From: Candidatus Bathyarchaeota archaeon
Lineage (GTDB): Archaea > Thermoproteota > Bathyarchaeia > Bathyarchaeales > Bathycorpusculaceae
Reading direction: 5' to 3'
Assembly (NCBI GenBank): GCA_963707955.1
Contig: OY970176.1
Span: 864,001-928,000, forward strand
Length of the DNA stretch: 64,000 bases
Part shown: piece after piece, positions 1-10,413 of the stretch
Position numbering within the stretch: the stretch's first letter is position 1
Layout of the letters: each line of letters begins with the position of its first letter
Program-made: the position numbers and the translations under genes
Notes under the pieces: generated by a model
Told to the model about the DNA's origin: nothing
Seen by the model: the letters and a program-made list of their open reading frames with translations, nothing else
Database searches by the model: none

Positions 1-91
1 GCTTGGGATAAAACTTTACCCCAAAACCCAAACCCATTATTAGTTTATATGCGCATTGATTCAAAAACGGTGCTGAGAGAACAGTTAAAAA

Positions 92-301
92 ATGACTAAA
101 CAAAAGAGTCAAAAGAAAGTTGTTGGCAGAAAAGGGCTAATCCTTCTTGGAATCATGGGTATCGTAGGGCTGATCCTTCTTGCTTTTGGAGTGTTCTCGA
201 TATTCGAGAGATCCATACTTCTAGGTGTAATCTCATTGGTTCTAGGGTTCTTCGTATACTTTATATTTATACTCATAGAAAGAAAGTTGAAGCTTCTCTA
301 A
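92..301 (+). CDS. Small two-helix membrane protein
   Basis: 69 aa ORF with a basic N-terminus and two hydrophobic segments; TTTATA box at ~44-49. Confidence 0.6.
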   Translation: MTKQKSQKKVVGRKGLILLGIMGIVGLILLAFGVFSIFERSILLGVISLVLGFFVYFIFILIERKLKLL

Positions 302-495
302 AAGGTTCAGCTTTAATGATTAATGGATTTCTTACCACATCGAAAAGAAGCCTGGTCTTACCTTATTATGTTGAGCGCGCGCGGATACGGTGTTACCAGC
401 GTGTTACGAAATGTTTTTCGGGCGCTAGTTGTGATAAGCTAAAATTCTAGTCTCTGCTCTAGACATGCACGCAGGCTAGGCAAAAGGGGTTTCTG

Positions 496-1275
496 TTGTC
501 GTCTCGACGAAGTCTTGAAAGACTGAAAAGAAAAGCACCGCAACTGCTGGTTCTAGCCATCGTTGCCGTCGTGGTTGGAGTCATTTTGTTGGGTACTTTG
601 GAAGACACTTTGATCGAGGGAGGCACTTTCAGAGGCACGCCGCTTGATGTACTGTTGAACGCTGTCGTCATGCTTACGCATAACGTTACGGCAACCGTTT
701 CGTCTTGGGGTTATGCTGGAATCTTCCTGTTGATGCTACTTGAGTCGAGTTCTCTGCCCATTCCAAGCGAAGTGGTACTTCCGTTCTCAGGCTACCTCGT
801 TTCTCTGGGCCAGCTTAATTTGTGGTTAACCATTTTGGTTTCAACTCTTGCAGGAATATCTGGCTCGTTGGTTGATTACTACATTGGAAAGAAGGGAATG
901 AACCTGCTCGCCCATCGGAAAGCTCTGGGCCAGCTACTTTTCAATGAAGCACGCTTGGAAACGGCCGAGAGGTGGTTCAGTAAATATGGAGCTCCCACGG
1001 TGCTTCTGAGCCGCATGGTTCCAGGGTTTAGGACACTTGTGTCGTTTCCAGCAGGGGCAGTAAAGATGCCGCTGGCAAAATTCATCGCATACACGATTGC
1101 TGGGTGTCTATGCTGGAACGCCCTCCTAACTTACATCGGCGTGTACGTGGGCGCTAACTGGCCAGAGGTCGCTGGGGTATCACATTACTTAATCATAGGA
1201 CTTTTGGCGGCGATCCTAGCGGCGTTCATCGTGTTCTTGATCAGGAGAAAAAAAGGAGCGCAGGTTCGGGTTTGA
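496..1275 (+). CDS. dedA: DedA family membrane protein
   Basis: Motifs LESSSLPIPSEVVLPFSG, SRMVPGFRTLVSFPAG and WF.KYG, typical of DedA/SNARE_assoc proteins. Confidence 0.9.
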   Translation: MSSRRSLERLKRKAPQLLVLAIVAVVVGVILLGTLEDTLIEGGTFRGTPLDVLLNAVVMLTHNVTATVSSWGYAGIFLLMLLESSSLPIPSEVVLPFSGYLVSLGQLNLWLTILVSTLAGISGSLVDYYIGKKGMNLLAHRKALGQLLFNEARLETAERWFSKYGAPTVLLSRMVPGFRTLVSFPAGAVKMPLAKFIAYTIAGCLCWNALLTYIGVYVGANWPEVAGVSHYLIIGLLAAILAAFIVFLIRRKKGAQVRV

Positions 1276-1458
1276 CGGGTTAAGTTTCACGCTGCTTTGA
1301 ACACGTAAGATTCTTAAGAAGCTGATGTTCAGTACGTAACTTCAAGGAAGATGTCCCGCAAAAAGATATCGTGGGCGCGCGCTATTCTTTTTTTTGAAAC
1401 TGATTTCAGACAAATCTTTTATAATGGTTGCACTCTTCTGAAGAGGCAGGGTGAAAAC

Positions 1459-1824
1459 ATGGGAAGTTTATGGCTGGGAGCTTTCGTTGGCTTTCTCATA
1501 ACACTGGGTCTTGGGTGGCTGTTTCCAGGACTTGGACACCTCATAGGCGGGTTCATTGGTGGGTTAGTGGCAGGGCTCATAGCTCGAGGGATAGGAAAAG
1601 GAGCGTTAGCCGGTTTCCTCGCGGGAATATTCGGCGGGATCATCATCGCAGTACTAGTAGCAGCAGGTTTAACGGTGGCAGGTGGAGTAACGGGTGGGGT
1701 GCAAGGCGGAGTTTTTGGGTTCCTGTCAGGACTAGCCCTTGGAATCGCAGTGATTATCGTGGCTGCCTTCGGCGCAATCGCCTCAACGATAGGCGGACTC
1801 ATAGGCGGATTGCTCACAAGATAG
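1459..1824 (+). CDS. Gly-rich membrane protein (DUF5518-like)
   Basis: GxxxG-rich hydrophobic repeats; ATG at 1459 follows a GGTGA RBS. Confidence 0.7.
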   Translation: MGSLWLGAFVGFLITLGLGWLFPGLGHLIGGFIGGLVAGLIARGIGKGALAGFLAGIFGGIIIAVLVAAGLTVAGGVTGGVQGGVFGFLSGLALGIAVIIVAAFGAIASTIGGLIGGLLTR

Positions 1825-1860
1825 AAAATTCCCCATTTTATCTGTTCAGAAGAGCGCGTT

Positions 1861-2115
1861 TATTCACCTATTATTCATGTTGGAACAGCACAATCAAGAT
1901 GCACTCTAATGGAGATCAACGAAAAGACAGGCATCAGGACCAGGACAACTACCGAAAAGCCAAACGTTCTCATGACAAGGGACCCAGCGTGTGTCAAACT
2001 CGCTTTTCCACAACCTTTGGTTGTCGAACTTCATGACGAGATTCCTGCACTAGGCCGATTCATTCTGCGGGAAGGTTTGACAGTCGCAGGTGGAACTATC
2101 GTTACAATGTCCTAA
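1861..2115 (+). pseudogene. Orphan fragment resembling EF-1alpha/HBS1-type GTPase domain III
   Basis: Frame reads YSPIIHVGTAQSRCTL...DPACVKL.FPQPLVVE...IPALGRFILREGLTVAGGTI, like the C-terminal barrel of aEF-1A; no G domain upstream. Confidence 0.65.
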
Positions 2116-2669
2116 AAGTAGGCTGCTGTCTGCCCGCGTGGTCAGCTAACCCGCTTCTAGACACTGGCTGATTGTTCAAACCAGCATCCTGAAGAGGACA
2201 ACTTGAGGAACGTTCTGCGAAAGAAAAAGTAGCTTATTCCACAAACTTCACTGAACGACCCGCGCGCGCGAGTTAGCGCGCGCTAAGATTATGCCAGAAT
2301 AAGACTAAGCGCGCTAGTTCGAAGTCTATGTCTATTGTTGAGAAGGAAATCAGTCTTTCTTCTTTTCTTCTCCCTCAACCCCTTCCTTTATTCCCTTTCC
2401 AACACCCTTCACAACTCCAAAGCCTTTCTTAAGGCCTTTACCGATGGCTTCTCCGGTTTTCTCTGCAGCCTCTTCAGCTTTGCCTTTCTTTTCCTTTTTT
2501 TCAGGAATTCTTTCACCTCCAATCTAAAGATGCGTCTCAACTAGCTCATTTAATTCTTTTGCCACGGTGGATCCTCAGGAAAAACACGGTGCCGATTACT
2601 CAGATAATAGTCTAAATTCCCATTTATAAATATCTCAAGATCCTTTCCGGAGGCGCGCGGCGTCTGACT

Positions 2670-2963
2670 TCACGCAAATAGAAATCCCAGCGCGAGGCCG
2701 ATCAGGAATGCAACGGAAGAATAAGGTAAGACGTTGAGCCATCCGCTTCCGACATCGTAGAGCTTGGGCAAAAACTTCATGGCCTCATCGAAAAGGTCGG
2801 TGAAGGTCAAGCTCAGGATCCCGGTCGCGACGAGGACTATGATGAGTGCGACAATGGCTATCAGAAGTTTCAAACCTTTCTTGACTATAACACCTACCAG
2901 CAAGCCTATGATAAATGGCAGGACAACCGGGATTAGCCAAGCGATCTCAGGTGGAATCGACAT
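2670..2963 (-). CDS. Small membrane protein
   Basis: 97 aa with three hydrophobic segments; TATA-like sequence upstream at ~3014-3025. Confidence 0.7.
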   Translation of the reverse strand: MSIPPEIAWLIPVVLPFIIGLLVGVIVKKGLKLLIAIVALIIVLVATGILSLTFTDLFDEAMKFLPKLYDVGSGWLNVLPYSSVAFLIGLALGFLFA

Positions 2964-3118
2964 AGTTTTCCCAAAATTTTGGCTCTTTTTATCTACAAGT
3001 GACTTCAGAAACTTTTATATATAAAATTTTTGTCGCAGCCCGCACAGACCATTTCTACATTCAAAACGATTATTTCCTCAACTCCATGTCCTTCCTGCGC
3101 TCTCGGAAAACCATCAAT

Positions 3119-3355
3119 CTAGGTTTTGCGTCTCCACAAGTGAAGTCGACCAGAACTGATGGCCACGTGCTTGTTCTCCAAGAGTCCTCGTTTCCTTGCT
3201 TGCACAAGATATTTTGTCATGGTCCCAACGCCTAAACAGGCGTTCTTGGCAAGGTTTCTAGAATTTATCCAGAAACCACGCGGCATTTCATTAATCGCCT
3301 TTTCTGCCCTACTCATTTTCGTGATGTTCGTCAAAACACCGCTGCTCCTGTTCAA
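3119..3355 (-). CDS. Small putative winged-helix DNA-binding protein
   Basis: Basic 78 aa ORF with an HTH-like pattern (INSRNLAKNACLGVGTMTKYL..A.KRGLLE). Confidence 0.4.
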   Translation of the reverse strand: MNRSSGVLTNITKMSRAEKAINEMPRGFWINSRNLAKNACLGVGTMTKYLVQARKRGLLENKHVAISSGRLHLWRRKT

Positions 3356-3509
3356 AAGCTACTACAGCATTCGTCGTAGCTTCTACTGACTTAAGAAGGT
3401 AGCGACGATCCCGCGTGCTACTTGCGCCTTCTGAAGACCGCGCGCGGCGCGCGTTTTTCTTTCGAAACTCTTATCTTTGGTTTTGCTGATACTGAAATAG
3501 GATCAGGCA

Positions 3510-3710
3510 ATGGTGTTGTGTCCTAGGTGTGGAAACGAAGCATTAGATTCATCGACGGAGTGGGAATTTGCTGATTTCCACGTCAGGCTTTTTGTTTGCT
3601 CCAAATGCAAGAAGACATTCAAGGCATATTATCGAAAGGGAAGGTTAAGTCATACCATACCCAAACGTTCTGGACAAACCTTTCATTCAGGGTCAGCGCA
3701 CGCGCGCTAG
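3510..3710 (+). CDS. Small zinc-ribbon protein
   Basis: CPRC...CSKC pairs in a 66 aa ORF. Confidence 0.65.
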   Translation: MVLCPRCGNEALDSSTEWEFADFHVRLFVCSKCKKTFKAYYRKGRLSHTIPKRSGQTFHSGSAHAR

Positions 3711-3834
3711 TCAAGAAACAGAAAGAGAAGGAGCGGGTTAAATTGTCAGAAAAGGGGTTACTCTCTTTGTCGAGCCAAGCTGGCTCCGGCAAGAGACTAA
3801 AAAGTGAACAATAGAATTCGAAAGAGGTGAAAGA

Positions 3835-3987
3835 ATGGAAAAAAGAAAGTTGGACCTGGTCTTCATCGATAAGAATGGAAAGGTGTATCCGATAGATGAT
3901 GTTTCCCGAGCAGAATTAGCTGAGGGTCTTGAAAAGATCTCCAAAGAAATCGCAAAGAGACTGCTATTGGTGAAAGAACAAAGGTAA
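3835..3987 (+). CDS. Small hypothetical protein (50 aa, MEKRKLDLVFIDKNGKVYPIDD...)
   Basis: Read manually: GAGGTGA RBS at 3824-3830, ATG 3835, TAA 3985-3987. Confidence 0.55.
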   Translation: MEKRKLDLVFIDKNGKVYPIDDVSRAELAEGLEKISKEIAKRLLLVKEQR

Positions 3988-4149
3988 AACCCACAGTATT
4001 CTCTTTTTTCCAGTTCCCGGAAGCTACCCTCCGCTTCCATCTTATGCTCCCAGTGCGCGCTAGTTCATATTTCTGCTTCATAAAAAACTTATGCCGCCCA
4101 CAGCAAAAGTGTGAGGTTGCCCCAGATGAGGAAGCGGAGATGATGTGGA

Positions 4150-4623
4150 TTGTATGAGAACATTCTAGTTGTGGACGACGACGCAGATGTGAGAAAGAGC
4201 CTTTCTATGATACTATCCAATGAGGGATACTCAGTTGAAGCAGTGGAGAATGGTAAACAAGCGACGAAGATTATCGAAAAATTACGTTTTGACGTAGCCC
4301 TGATTGACATTAAGCTACCTGACATGGAGGGAACTGAGCTCCTTCAAAGGCTGAAGAAAGACCAGCCCCACATGGTTAAGATAATCATCACGGGTTTTCC
4401 GACGTTGGAGAATGCTATGGAGACAGTTAACGAGGGTGCCGATGGATACATTTTGAAACCTTTCGACGTGCAGAAATTGCTGGAGATGATCAGAAAGCAT
4501 CTGAAAAAGGAAACTGCTGAACATGTCAGCAATTGGATGGAATTTGACCAAGATAGAGCACGTATATCTGGGTCTGATCGAAACAATGATGTTAAGCGCA
4601 AATCTTTTTTTGAACCACAATAG
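4150..4623 (+). CDS. Stand-alone response regulator receiver protein
   Basis: ILVVDDD, LIDIKLPD phosphoacceptor, IIITG, YILKPF. Confidence 0.9.
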   Translation: MYENILVVDDDADVRKSLSMILSNEGYSVEAVENGKQATKIIEKLRFDVALIDIKLPDMEGTELLQRLKKDQPHMVKIIITGFPTLENAMETVNEGADGYILKPFDVQKLLEMIRKHLKKETAEHVSNWMEFDQDRARISGSDRNNDVKRKSFFEPQ

Positions 4624-4760
4624 ACCGAAAAAGCCAATAGACCTATCTGTCTATTGGCGAAAGAATCCCGAATTAAGAAAGAAGCGCTAAACTCTTTTGA
4701 ACGGCAAGTATAAAAGATTGAAGGCGCGCGCTGAGAATGATTAGCGCGCAACGATTGAGA

Positions 4761-4853
4761 CTACTTCTTCAATCGTTTCTCCTTGTGCTTTCTTCTTTTC
4801 TCTTCTCTTTCCTTTTTTGTCATTGGTTTCTTTTTAGTGGCTCCAGTGCTCAA
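4761..4853 (-). CDS. Tiny Lys/Arg-rich protein (MSTGATKKKPMTKKEREEKRRKHKEKRLKK)
   Basis: Read manually: GGTGA RBS, TTG start at 4853, TAG stop. Confidence 0.4.
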   Translation of the reverse strand: MSTGATKKKPMTKKEREEKRRKHKEKRLKK

Positions 4854-4888
4854 TGCAATCACCACGCTCATATAGTCAGAATAGGGAA

Positions 4889-5098
4889 TTAAGTTTTTGC
4901 GCGCGCCCTGGCCAATGCGAGTGCTTCTTCTAGTCTCCTTACTTTCTTAACGTTGCTCTTTCCATGTTTCCATGTTCTTCGACTTTTCATTCTTTTCAAG
5001 AATCGTTCTTTTTTCGCCTGCTTCTTCTTGGATCGTTTCAAACAAATCTTCCTTCTCAGAATCAAATAGTAACAACAAACAAGCATTATAACCTTCAC
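4889..5098 (-). CDS. Small highly basic protein
   Basis: K/R-rich ORF (KRSKKKQAKKERFLKRMKSRR...); start uncertain. Confidence 0.35.
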   Translation of the reverse strand: MKVIMLVCCYYLILRRKICLKRSKKKQAKKERFLKRMKSRRTWKHGKSNVKKVRRLEEALALARARAKT

Positions 5099-5609
5099 CT
5101 GAATAATCCGACAAAATCTAAGACTTAATGAGAAAGAAGTTCATTAGAGTATTGAGAGTCTGTTTATGAGCAGGCGCAGACGGTTTGACAGACTTGAATG
5201 TCGGGGTTTGCATTTACAAAAGCAGCACGTACTGCTGGAGACAGTGCCCGTACAACATCTGGAAGAAGGAAGAATACTAAATCTCGCGGTGAGCGAACGC
5301 AACGATTTTGCTCTCTTACACACGCCCTTGCACCAACGTCTTAGCCTGCTTAGACTGTCCTATGGAAACCAAGGCAAACCGATTCTATATTATATACGTG
5401 GTTTTCTCAACTTTCCATAGGACAGCTCAATGGTCAAAGCAGTGCGAAGAGCGGTTGCTTCTTCGCTGCAGGGGGCTGAGTTGCGTTCTCATCGGCTACA
5501 CACTCGAATAGCCTTCGCCCTCCCGCGCGCGTCTTTCTTGATGAGCATGACCATTCCGACTGAATGTGCTCTTTCCATCCTCTTCAACTATCGAACAGCT
5601 TAGCGCGCA

Positions 5610-5696
5610 CTATCTTACTCTCTTCCTGTTTCTCCGAAGCAAGCGTTTGTTTGGGAGTTTTGGTTTCTTCACACGTTTTGCATCCGTTGCAGCCAA
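5610..5696 (-). CDS. Tiny Lys/Arg-rich protein (MAATDAKRVKKPKLPNKRLLRRNRKRVR)
   Basis: Read manually: GGAGG RBS upstream, TTG start, TAG stop. Confidence 0.4.
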   Translation of the reverse strand: MAATDAKRVKKPKLPNKRLLRRNRKRVR

Positions 5697-5851
5697 GACT
5701 AGACCCTCCAAATAGTTTTGCTTCTCGTTTCTCTTAAAGCTAGTGTACAGCGCGCCCTAATGATAGTGGAGACGACTTACAGATTTAGCGCGCTGGATCG
5801 ATAGGCATGCGGAACATGCTAGAAATCAGCTATTAACCCGAAAATCTTGCA

Positions 5852-6040
5852 TTAGCGTTTAGCGCGCGCGCTTAGCTTCCTTACCCATTCTATTTTAGTA
5901 GAGTAAACTTCACGCAATTGTGGAGAAGTAATGGGTTTCCATTCTTGAGCCACTGCAAGCATTCGACTTTTGGATTTACTATTCTTGCCTTTTCGTTTGG
6001 GTTTTTCTTTCCTTATCGGTTTATAATGTTCAGGTTTCAT
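5852..6040 (-). CDS. Small basic protein
   Basis: 62 aa K/R-rich ORF with an ATG start and a TATA-like element upstream (~6078-6084). Confidence 0.4.
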   Translation of the reverse strand: MKPEHYKPIRKEKPKRKGKNSKSKSRMLAVAQEWKPITSPQLREVYSTKIEWVRKLSARAKR

Positions 6041-6506
6041 GTTCGATCTCTGCTAGTTCAAGCTTAGATACCTAACATATATAGAAGTTTTGTCACTTTT
6101 TTGATTTAGCGCGCTTTTACCAAAGGGTTGATACAGGCTATTTCCATGAATGAAACAAACCCGCGGGCGTGTCATCTATTTTTTGAGCTTTACGACGGGC
6201 AGATGTAGATTGGTTTTCCCTGTGTTCTCGGTTTCACGTGATTGTGCCTTGAGGAAGATCGCTTGGCCGCTTTTTATGTCCAAAACATCTGTCTTTCCTG
6301 AAGATGTCAGTTTTAGTTTGGCACCTTAGCGCGCGCGAATCTGGGACAAGGGAGCCGCACGAAAATATCCTCACGATGCTCTGTTGGTTAATCGGTTTAT
6401 AAGGAGGTTTGCGCATTATGGGGCAGTAGCGTTCTGTTGTTGAAGGACGAGAAGAACACAGCAACGTTGCACGTTACAATGAATGATGAAAAGGGGTGAT
6501 TTGGAA

Positions 6507-6794
6507 ATGGCGGAAGGATCGGCAATTGTTTTCATTGGAAGTAAACCACCAATGGACTATGTTCTAGCAGTTATGACAAGAATATCTGCTGGCAATGCTA
6601 AGGAAGTAGTTTTGAAAGCAAGAGGACAGGCGATCACTACAGCTGTTGATGTGGCTGAAATAACCAGAAATCGCTTCCTAAAAGACCTAAAAGTGGGCAG
6701 GATAGCTATCGGAACAGAGGAGATGCCGGCAAGAGAGGGCGAGAACAGGTCACGGATGGTTTCAACAATAGAAATAAGCCTTGCAAAAGAGTAG
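6507..6794 (+). CDS. albA: DNA/RNA-binding protein Alba
   Basis: [38 protein letters not shown]: Alba signature; GGGGTGA RBS. Confidence 0.95.
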   Translation: MAEGSAIVFIGSKPPMDYVLAVMTRISAGNAKEVVLKARGQAITTAVDVAEITRNRFLKDLKVGRIAIGTEEMPAREGENRSRMVSTIEISLAKE

Positions 6795-6864
6795 GAGAAC
6801 CCTCGAGAAACACACGCGCAATTATGGTGAGTGGCTATTAAGAAACGGGTAACGATGAAGAACA

Positions 6865-8115
6865 ATGAAGCTTGCTGTTCTGGTCTACGAGTATCCCCCG
6901 AAGATCGTCGGTGGGTTGGGAACTTACTCGGCTGAAATAACTCGCCAGTTTGTTCTCATGGACAATGACGTTACAGTTTTCACGATGAATGATGATGCTG
7001 GTAGTTTGCCAACGCGGGAGATTTGGCATGGTATCGAAATTCATCGGCCCCAGCACATCGACATTTCTGACTCGTTGCCCGATGTAGTTGCAGAAGACAT
7101 AAAGAAATGGGGTAGTGGGGGACAGTGGTTCTCAAAAATCCTCGTGTACAATTATCTGAGCGCTGCAAAACTCGTTAATGAGTTGATAAGAAAAGAAGGC
7201 ATCAAGTTCGACCTTATCGTTGCTCATGACTGGCTTTCAGCTATAGGCGGAATGACTGTCAAGAAAGAGGCAGGATTGCCTTTTGCGTTCCACGTTCACT
7301 CAACAGAAAAAGGAAGAACGCTTGGAAAAGGCTCGGTTACAGTGAGCAACATTGAACTCCACAGCGCCAAGGCGGCTGATCTTATTGTGACAGTTTCTTA
7401 TGCAATGAAAGATGAGCTAATAGGCCTCGGATTTCCGAAAGAGAAAATCCAAGTTGCCTACAACGGGGTCGACCCAAAGAAATACGATCCCGCAAAAGTG
7501 ACATCTGAGCAGATCAAGAAAGTCAGAGCGATGTATGGTATCAAAGACGATGAGTACATGATTCTTTTCATAGGCAGACTCGTTGGCATCAAAGGCGTTG
7601 ACAAGCTTATCCTGGCGTTGCCCCACATTCTGCCGAAAAATCCAAAGGCGAAGCTTGTAATTGTGGGTCTAGGCGACTCGCAAGAATACCTGATGAATTT
7701 GGTTAAAGCCGCGAAAATGAGCGATTTTGTGAAGTTCCGTTTCGAGTTCATCCCAGAAGAGGAACGTATCCTTCACTACGCAGCATGTGATGTCGCAGTT
7801 TTCCCAAGCTTCTATGAACCCTTCGGAATAGTGGTTCTGGAGGCAATGAGTATGGCGCGACCAGTTGTCATCGGTGCTGCAGGCATCAGCGGTATGCGGG
7901 AGATAGTCGTGTATAACGGTGAAGAACAGTGCGGTTATCACATAGATCCGAGCAACCCGTCAGACATAGCTTGGGGCATAAACTGCGTCTTGGAAAACGA
8001 TGAGAAAAGAAAGTGGCTGGGCAGAAACGGAAGAAAGCGAGTTCTGAACGAGTTCACTTGGGACAAGATAGCTGAAAAGACACTGGGGCTTTATGAACAG
8101 ATCATCAAACGCTAG
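6865..8115 (+). CDS. Glycosyltransferase family 4 (glycogen synthase-like)
   Basis: YEYPP.IVGGLG, HDW, GRL..IKG, YEPFGIVVLEAM. Confidence 0.92.
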   Translation: MKLAVLVYEYPPKIVGGLGTYSAEITRQFVLMDNDVTVFTMNDDAGSLPTREIWHGIEIHRPQHIDISDSLPDVVAEDIKKWGSGGQWFSKILVYNYLSAAKLVNELIRKEGIKFDLIVAHDWLSAIGGMTVKKEAGLPFAFHVHSTEKGRTLGKGSVTVSNIELHSAKAADLIVTVSYAMKDELIGLGFPKEKIQVAYNGVDPKKYDPAKVTSEQIKKVRAMYGIKDDEYMILFIGRLVGIKGVDKLILALPHILPKNPKAKLVIVGLGDSQEYLMNLVKAAKMSDFVKFRFEFIPEEERILHYAACDVAVFPSFYEPFGIVVLEAMSMARPVVIGAAGISGMREIVVYNGEEQCGYHIDPSNPSDIAWGINCVLENDEKRKWLGRNGRKRVLNEFTWDKIAEKTLGLYEQIIKR

Positions 8116-8184
8116 GCTTGACGCGCAGTGGTCCGACGTTTAACCCAGAGTTTTTCGGTGAATTCGTGACAATTGTTTGAAGTT

Positions 8185-8745
8185 TTATTCGTAGAATATG
8201 AGGTTTTGTTCTTCTAAGCTTGCGTGAAGCTTGTGCACTGCGTCATAAACGTCCTGTTCTTTCTTCGCTCCTGTGCAGACAAGGTTTCCGCTTGCGAATA
8301 TCAGTATGACTACTTTAGGTTCGTCCATCCTGTAGATCAATCCTGGAAACTGCTCCGGTTCATACATGGTTTTTACAAGCTTGCTAACTGCCTGTTCCAA
8401 GTCTACTTTTCCGCCTAAGCTTACGGAGGCAACGATGTTCTGAATCTTCAACTCCGGTTTGCTGATGATGATTATTCCACTCTTTTTCAACTCTTTAACA
8501 ACTGTCAATACAGCCCTGCGGGCTTCTTTTTCCGATTTCGCTCCCGTGCAAACCATTTTTCCAGAATTGAAAATCAGCGTGGCTGTCTTCGGTCGTTTGA
8601 GCCTATACACCAGTCCTGGAAACTGTTCTGGACGATATTCTACTCCTGGATAACTCTTCACGATAGCGTTCAAGTCAATTCTCTGGTTTAAGGTAGCAGA
8701 AGCGACAACGTTTTGAATTTTTATTATGGCTTTAGTCTTCGGCAT
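8185..8745 (-). CDS. tbp: TATA-box-binding protein
   Basis: Two IQN.VAS...YxPEQFPGL...GKMVCTGAK repeats. Confidence 0.97.
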   Translation of the reverse strand: MPKTKAIIKIQNVVASATLNQRIDLNAIVKSYPGVEYRPEQFPGLVYRLKRPKTATLIFNSGKMVCTGAKSEKEARRAVLTVVKELKKSGIIIISKPELKIQNIVASVSLGGKVDLEQAVSKLVKTMYEPEQFPGLIYRMDEPKVVILIFASGNLVCTGAKKEQDVYDAVHKLHASLEEQNLIFYE

Positions 8746-9464
8746 TAAAGACCACTCCTAATAGTGCGCGCGCATTCGATGACGCTTAAGCTTCCGCTTC
8801 TCCCCAGTCGCAACTGCCGTTCACCGCTGAACCAGGTTACTTTGCCATTTTTGATGTCAACCACGTCGCCCTTATGCACCATGCTGATCTGGTGGTTCCA
8901 TAAGCTCATTTTCATTGAACCAGTTTCGTCTTTGATAAGTGCGTTTGATATACAAGCCGTCGTTCCATATCTCGTGTAGACGATTTTAGATTCTGGAATC
9001 TCGAGCACCTCTGCTTTGACGCTGACTTTCTTCATTCCGACTTTCAAGTCACCAATCTTTGAGGTTACACCCTCGAAATTCTTGAATGAGGAAACTCTGG
9101 CCAAAATTGCTTTTGTGATGCTTTCAAGCTGATTCTCTCCCTGCAAGATGGCAATCGAAATCGGAAATTGAGCTATAACCTTCCCCGCGCGCTTCCGACC
9201 ATGGGTAAAGAGAAAAATCGCTGAATTCTTCGTCCTCACACGACATTTTACAGCCAACTGCCCACATTCTGACCCGTCGTAATTCCAAGCTTCGACAATG
9301 CGATCAAAGAATTCACTCGAATCAACCTTATGCAGCACCGCGATTCTGGCAAGGCTCTCCAGAATCCTTCCATCCTTGTACGAAGGCCTGCCGTTAAGAG
9401 GCCTGCCTCTACCTCTCCAAATCTGCTTAGCCATCAAACTTGTTTCCACTCTGCTTTTTTTCAC
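8745..9464 (-). CDS. Protein with a C-terminal OB-fold ssDNA-binding (RPA/SSB-like) domain and an unknown N-terminal domain
   Basis: KIGDLKVGMKKVSVKAEVL...IKDETGSMKMSLWN...LRLGRSG; stop overlaps the tbp start (TAATG). Confidence 0.8.
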   Translation of the reverse strand: MKKSRVETSLMAKQIWRGRGRPLNGRPSYKDGRILESLARIAVLHKVDSSEFFDRIVEAWNYDGSECGQLAVKCRVRTKNSAIFLFTHGRKRAGKVIAQFPISIAILQGENQLESITKAILARVSSFKNFEGVTSKIGDLKVGMKKVSVKAEVLEIPESKIVYTRYGTTACISNALIKDETGSMKMSLWNHQISMVHKGDVVDIKNGKVTWFSGERQLRLGRSGSLSVIECARTIRSGL

Positions 9465-9809
9465 TCAACAAATCCATCATTAAAATAATAGATCTGGAAT
9501 GTGCATCTCAATATTGTCAACATCGCTTATATAGCTTAGCTGCTAGGCCTACCCTTCTAATGTTATTGAAGTCGTCTGAGGTACGCCCTCACGTTTAGCG
9601 CGTTCTAGCTGAGCACTTCGACTCTTGCTCCTATTCCTTGTCCAAGTGTGCCTTTGTGGAATTTTGCTGTGACAACGCGCGCGCTGTAGAAAGAAACATG
9701 CAAGGATTTCAGGTGTCCATAGAAGTTTATTAGTAGAATTGACTGACAGTAAATATGGATGTGATGGTTTATATTTGAAGGTGAGAGAACTGAGATTTTC
9801 TGGGCAGGA

Positions 9810-10004
9810 TTGTTTCTGTTTGGAGGCACCATCTTTGGTTTGTTTACCACCATTTGGTATACTCTTCTCAATCCACCTGATTGGACCTACATAACACCTT
9901 GGACTTTCGGATTTGCAGTTTTCCTGATCATTGGATTTTACATGATGATGACTGGTGTGAAAAAGGAAAAACAGAAAGAAACACAACCTTTGAAAGAGCA
10001 GTAA
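9810..10004 (+). CDS. Small membrane protein
   Basis: Two hydrophobic helices and a charged tail; start uncertain. Confidence 0.45.
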   Translation: MFLFGGTIFGLFTTIWYTLLNPPDWTYITPWTFGFAVFLIIGFYMMMTGVKKEKQKETQPLKEQ

Positions 10005-10170
10005 TGGAAAAGTTAGGTTCCATCGTTAGAATTCTATCGTTGAATTTCCATCTTTGGAATTTCTGAATGTGAGAGCATGATATAATAATTGTTCTAGGAC
10101 TCGTCGTCGTTTGGTTGGATAAAACTTTACCGGCAAGAGAAAAAAGAGAAGAAAAAGGGGAAAAAGGTGC

Positions 10171-10413
10171 CTACCAGTATTTCTTGGTCGCGAATGCTGC
10201 TATTGTAGGTCCTATGATTATTGCAACCGCTACCAGCGCAGCTGCCTTCTCCAAGTCCCCGCTAATGCCGAAGACTGCTATTCCCCAGTTGGCAATTCCA
10301 AGCGCTAGCACAGCTAGGATTATGGCGATGATTATGCCTATGATGCTTATCAATAGCTCTTTTCCAGTCGAAGCTGCTTTTTCAGCCACTTGTTCAGCTT
10401 TTTTTTCAGCCAT
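10171..10413 (-). CDS. Small membrane protein
   Basis: ATG at 10413 (MAEKKAEQ...), two hydrophobic helices; followed by a T-rich tract on its strand. Confidence 0.6.
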   Translation of the reverse strand: MAEKKAEQVAEKAASTGKELLISIIGIIIAIILAVLALGIANWGIAVFGISGDLEKAAALVAVAIIIGPTIAAFATKKYW

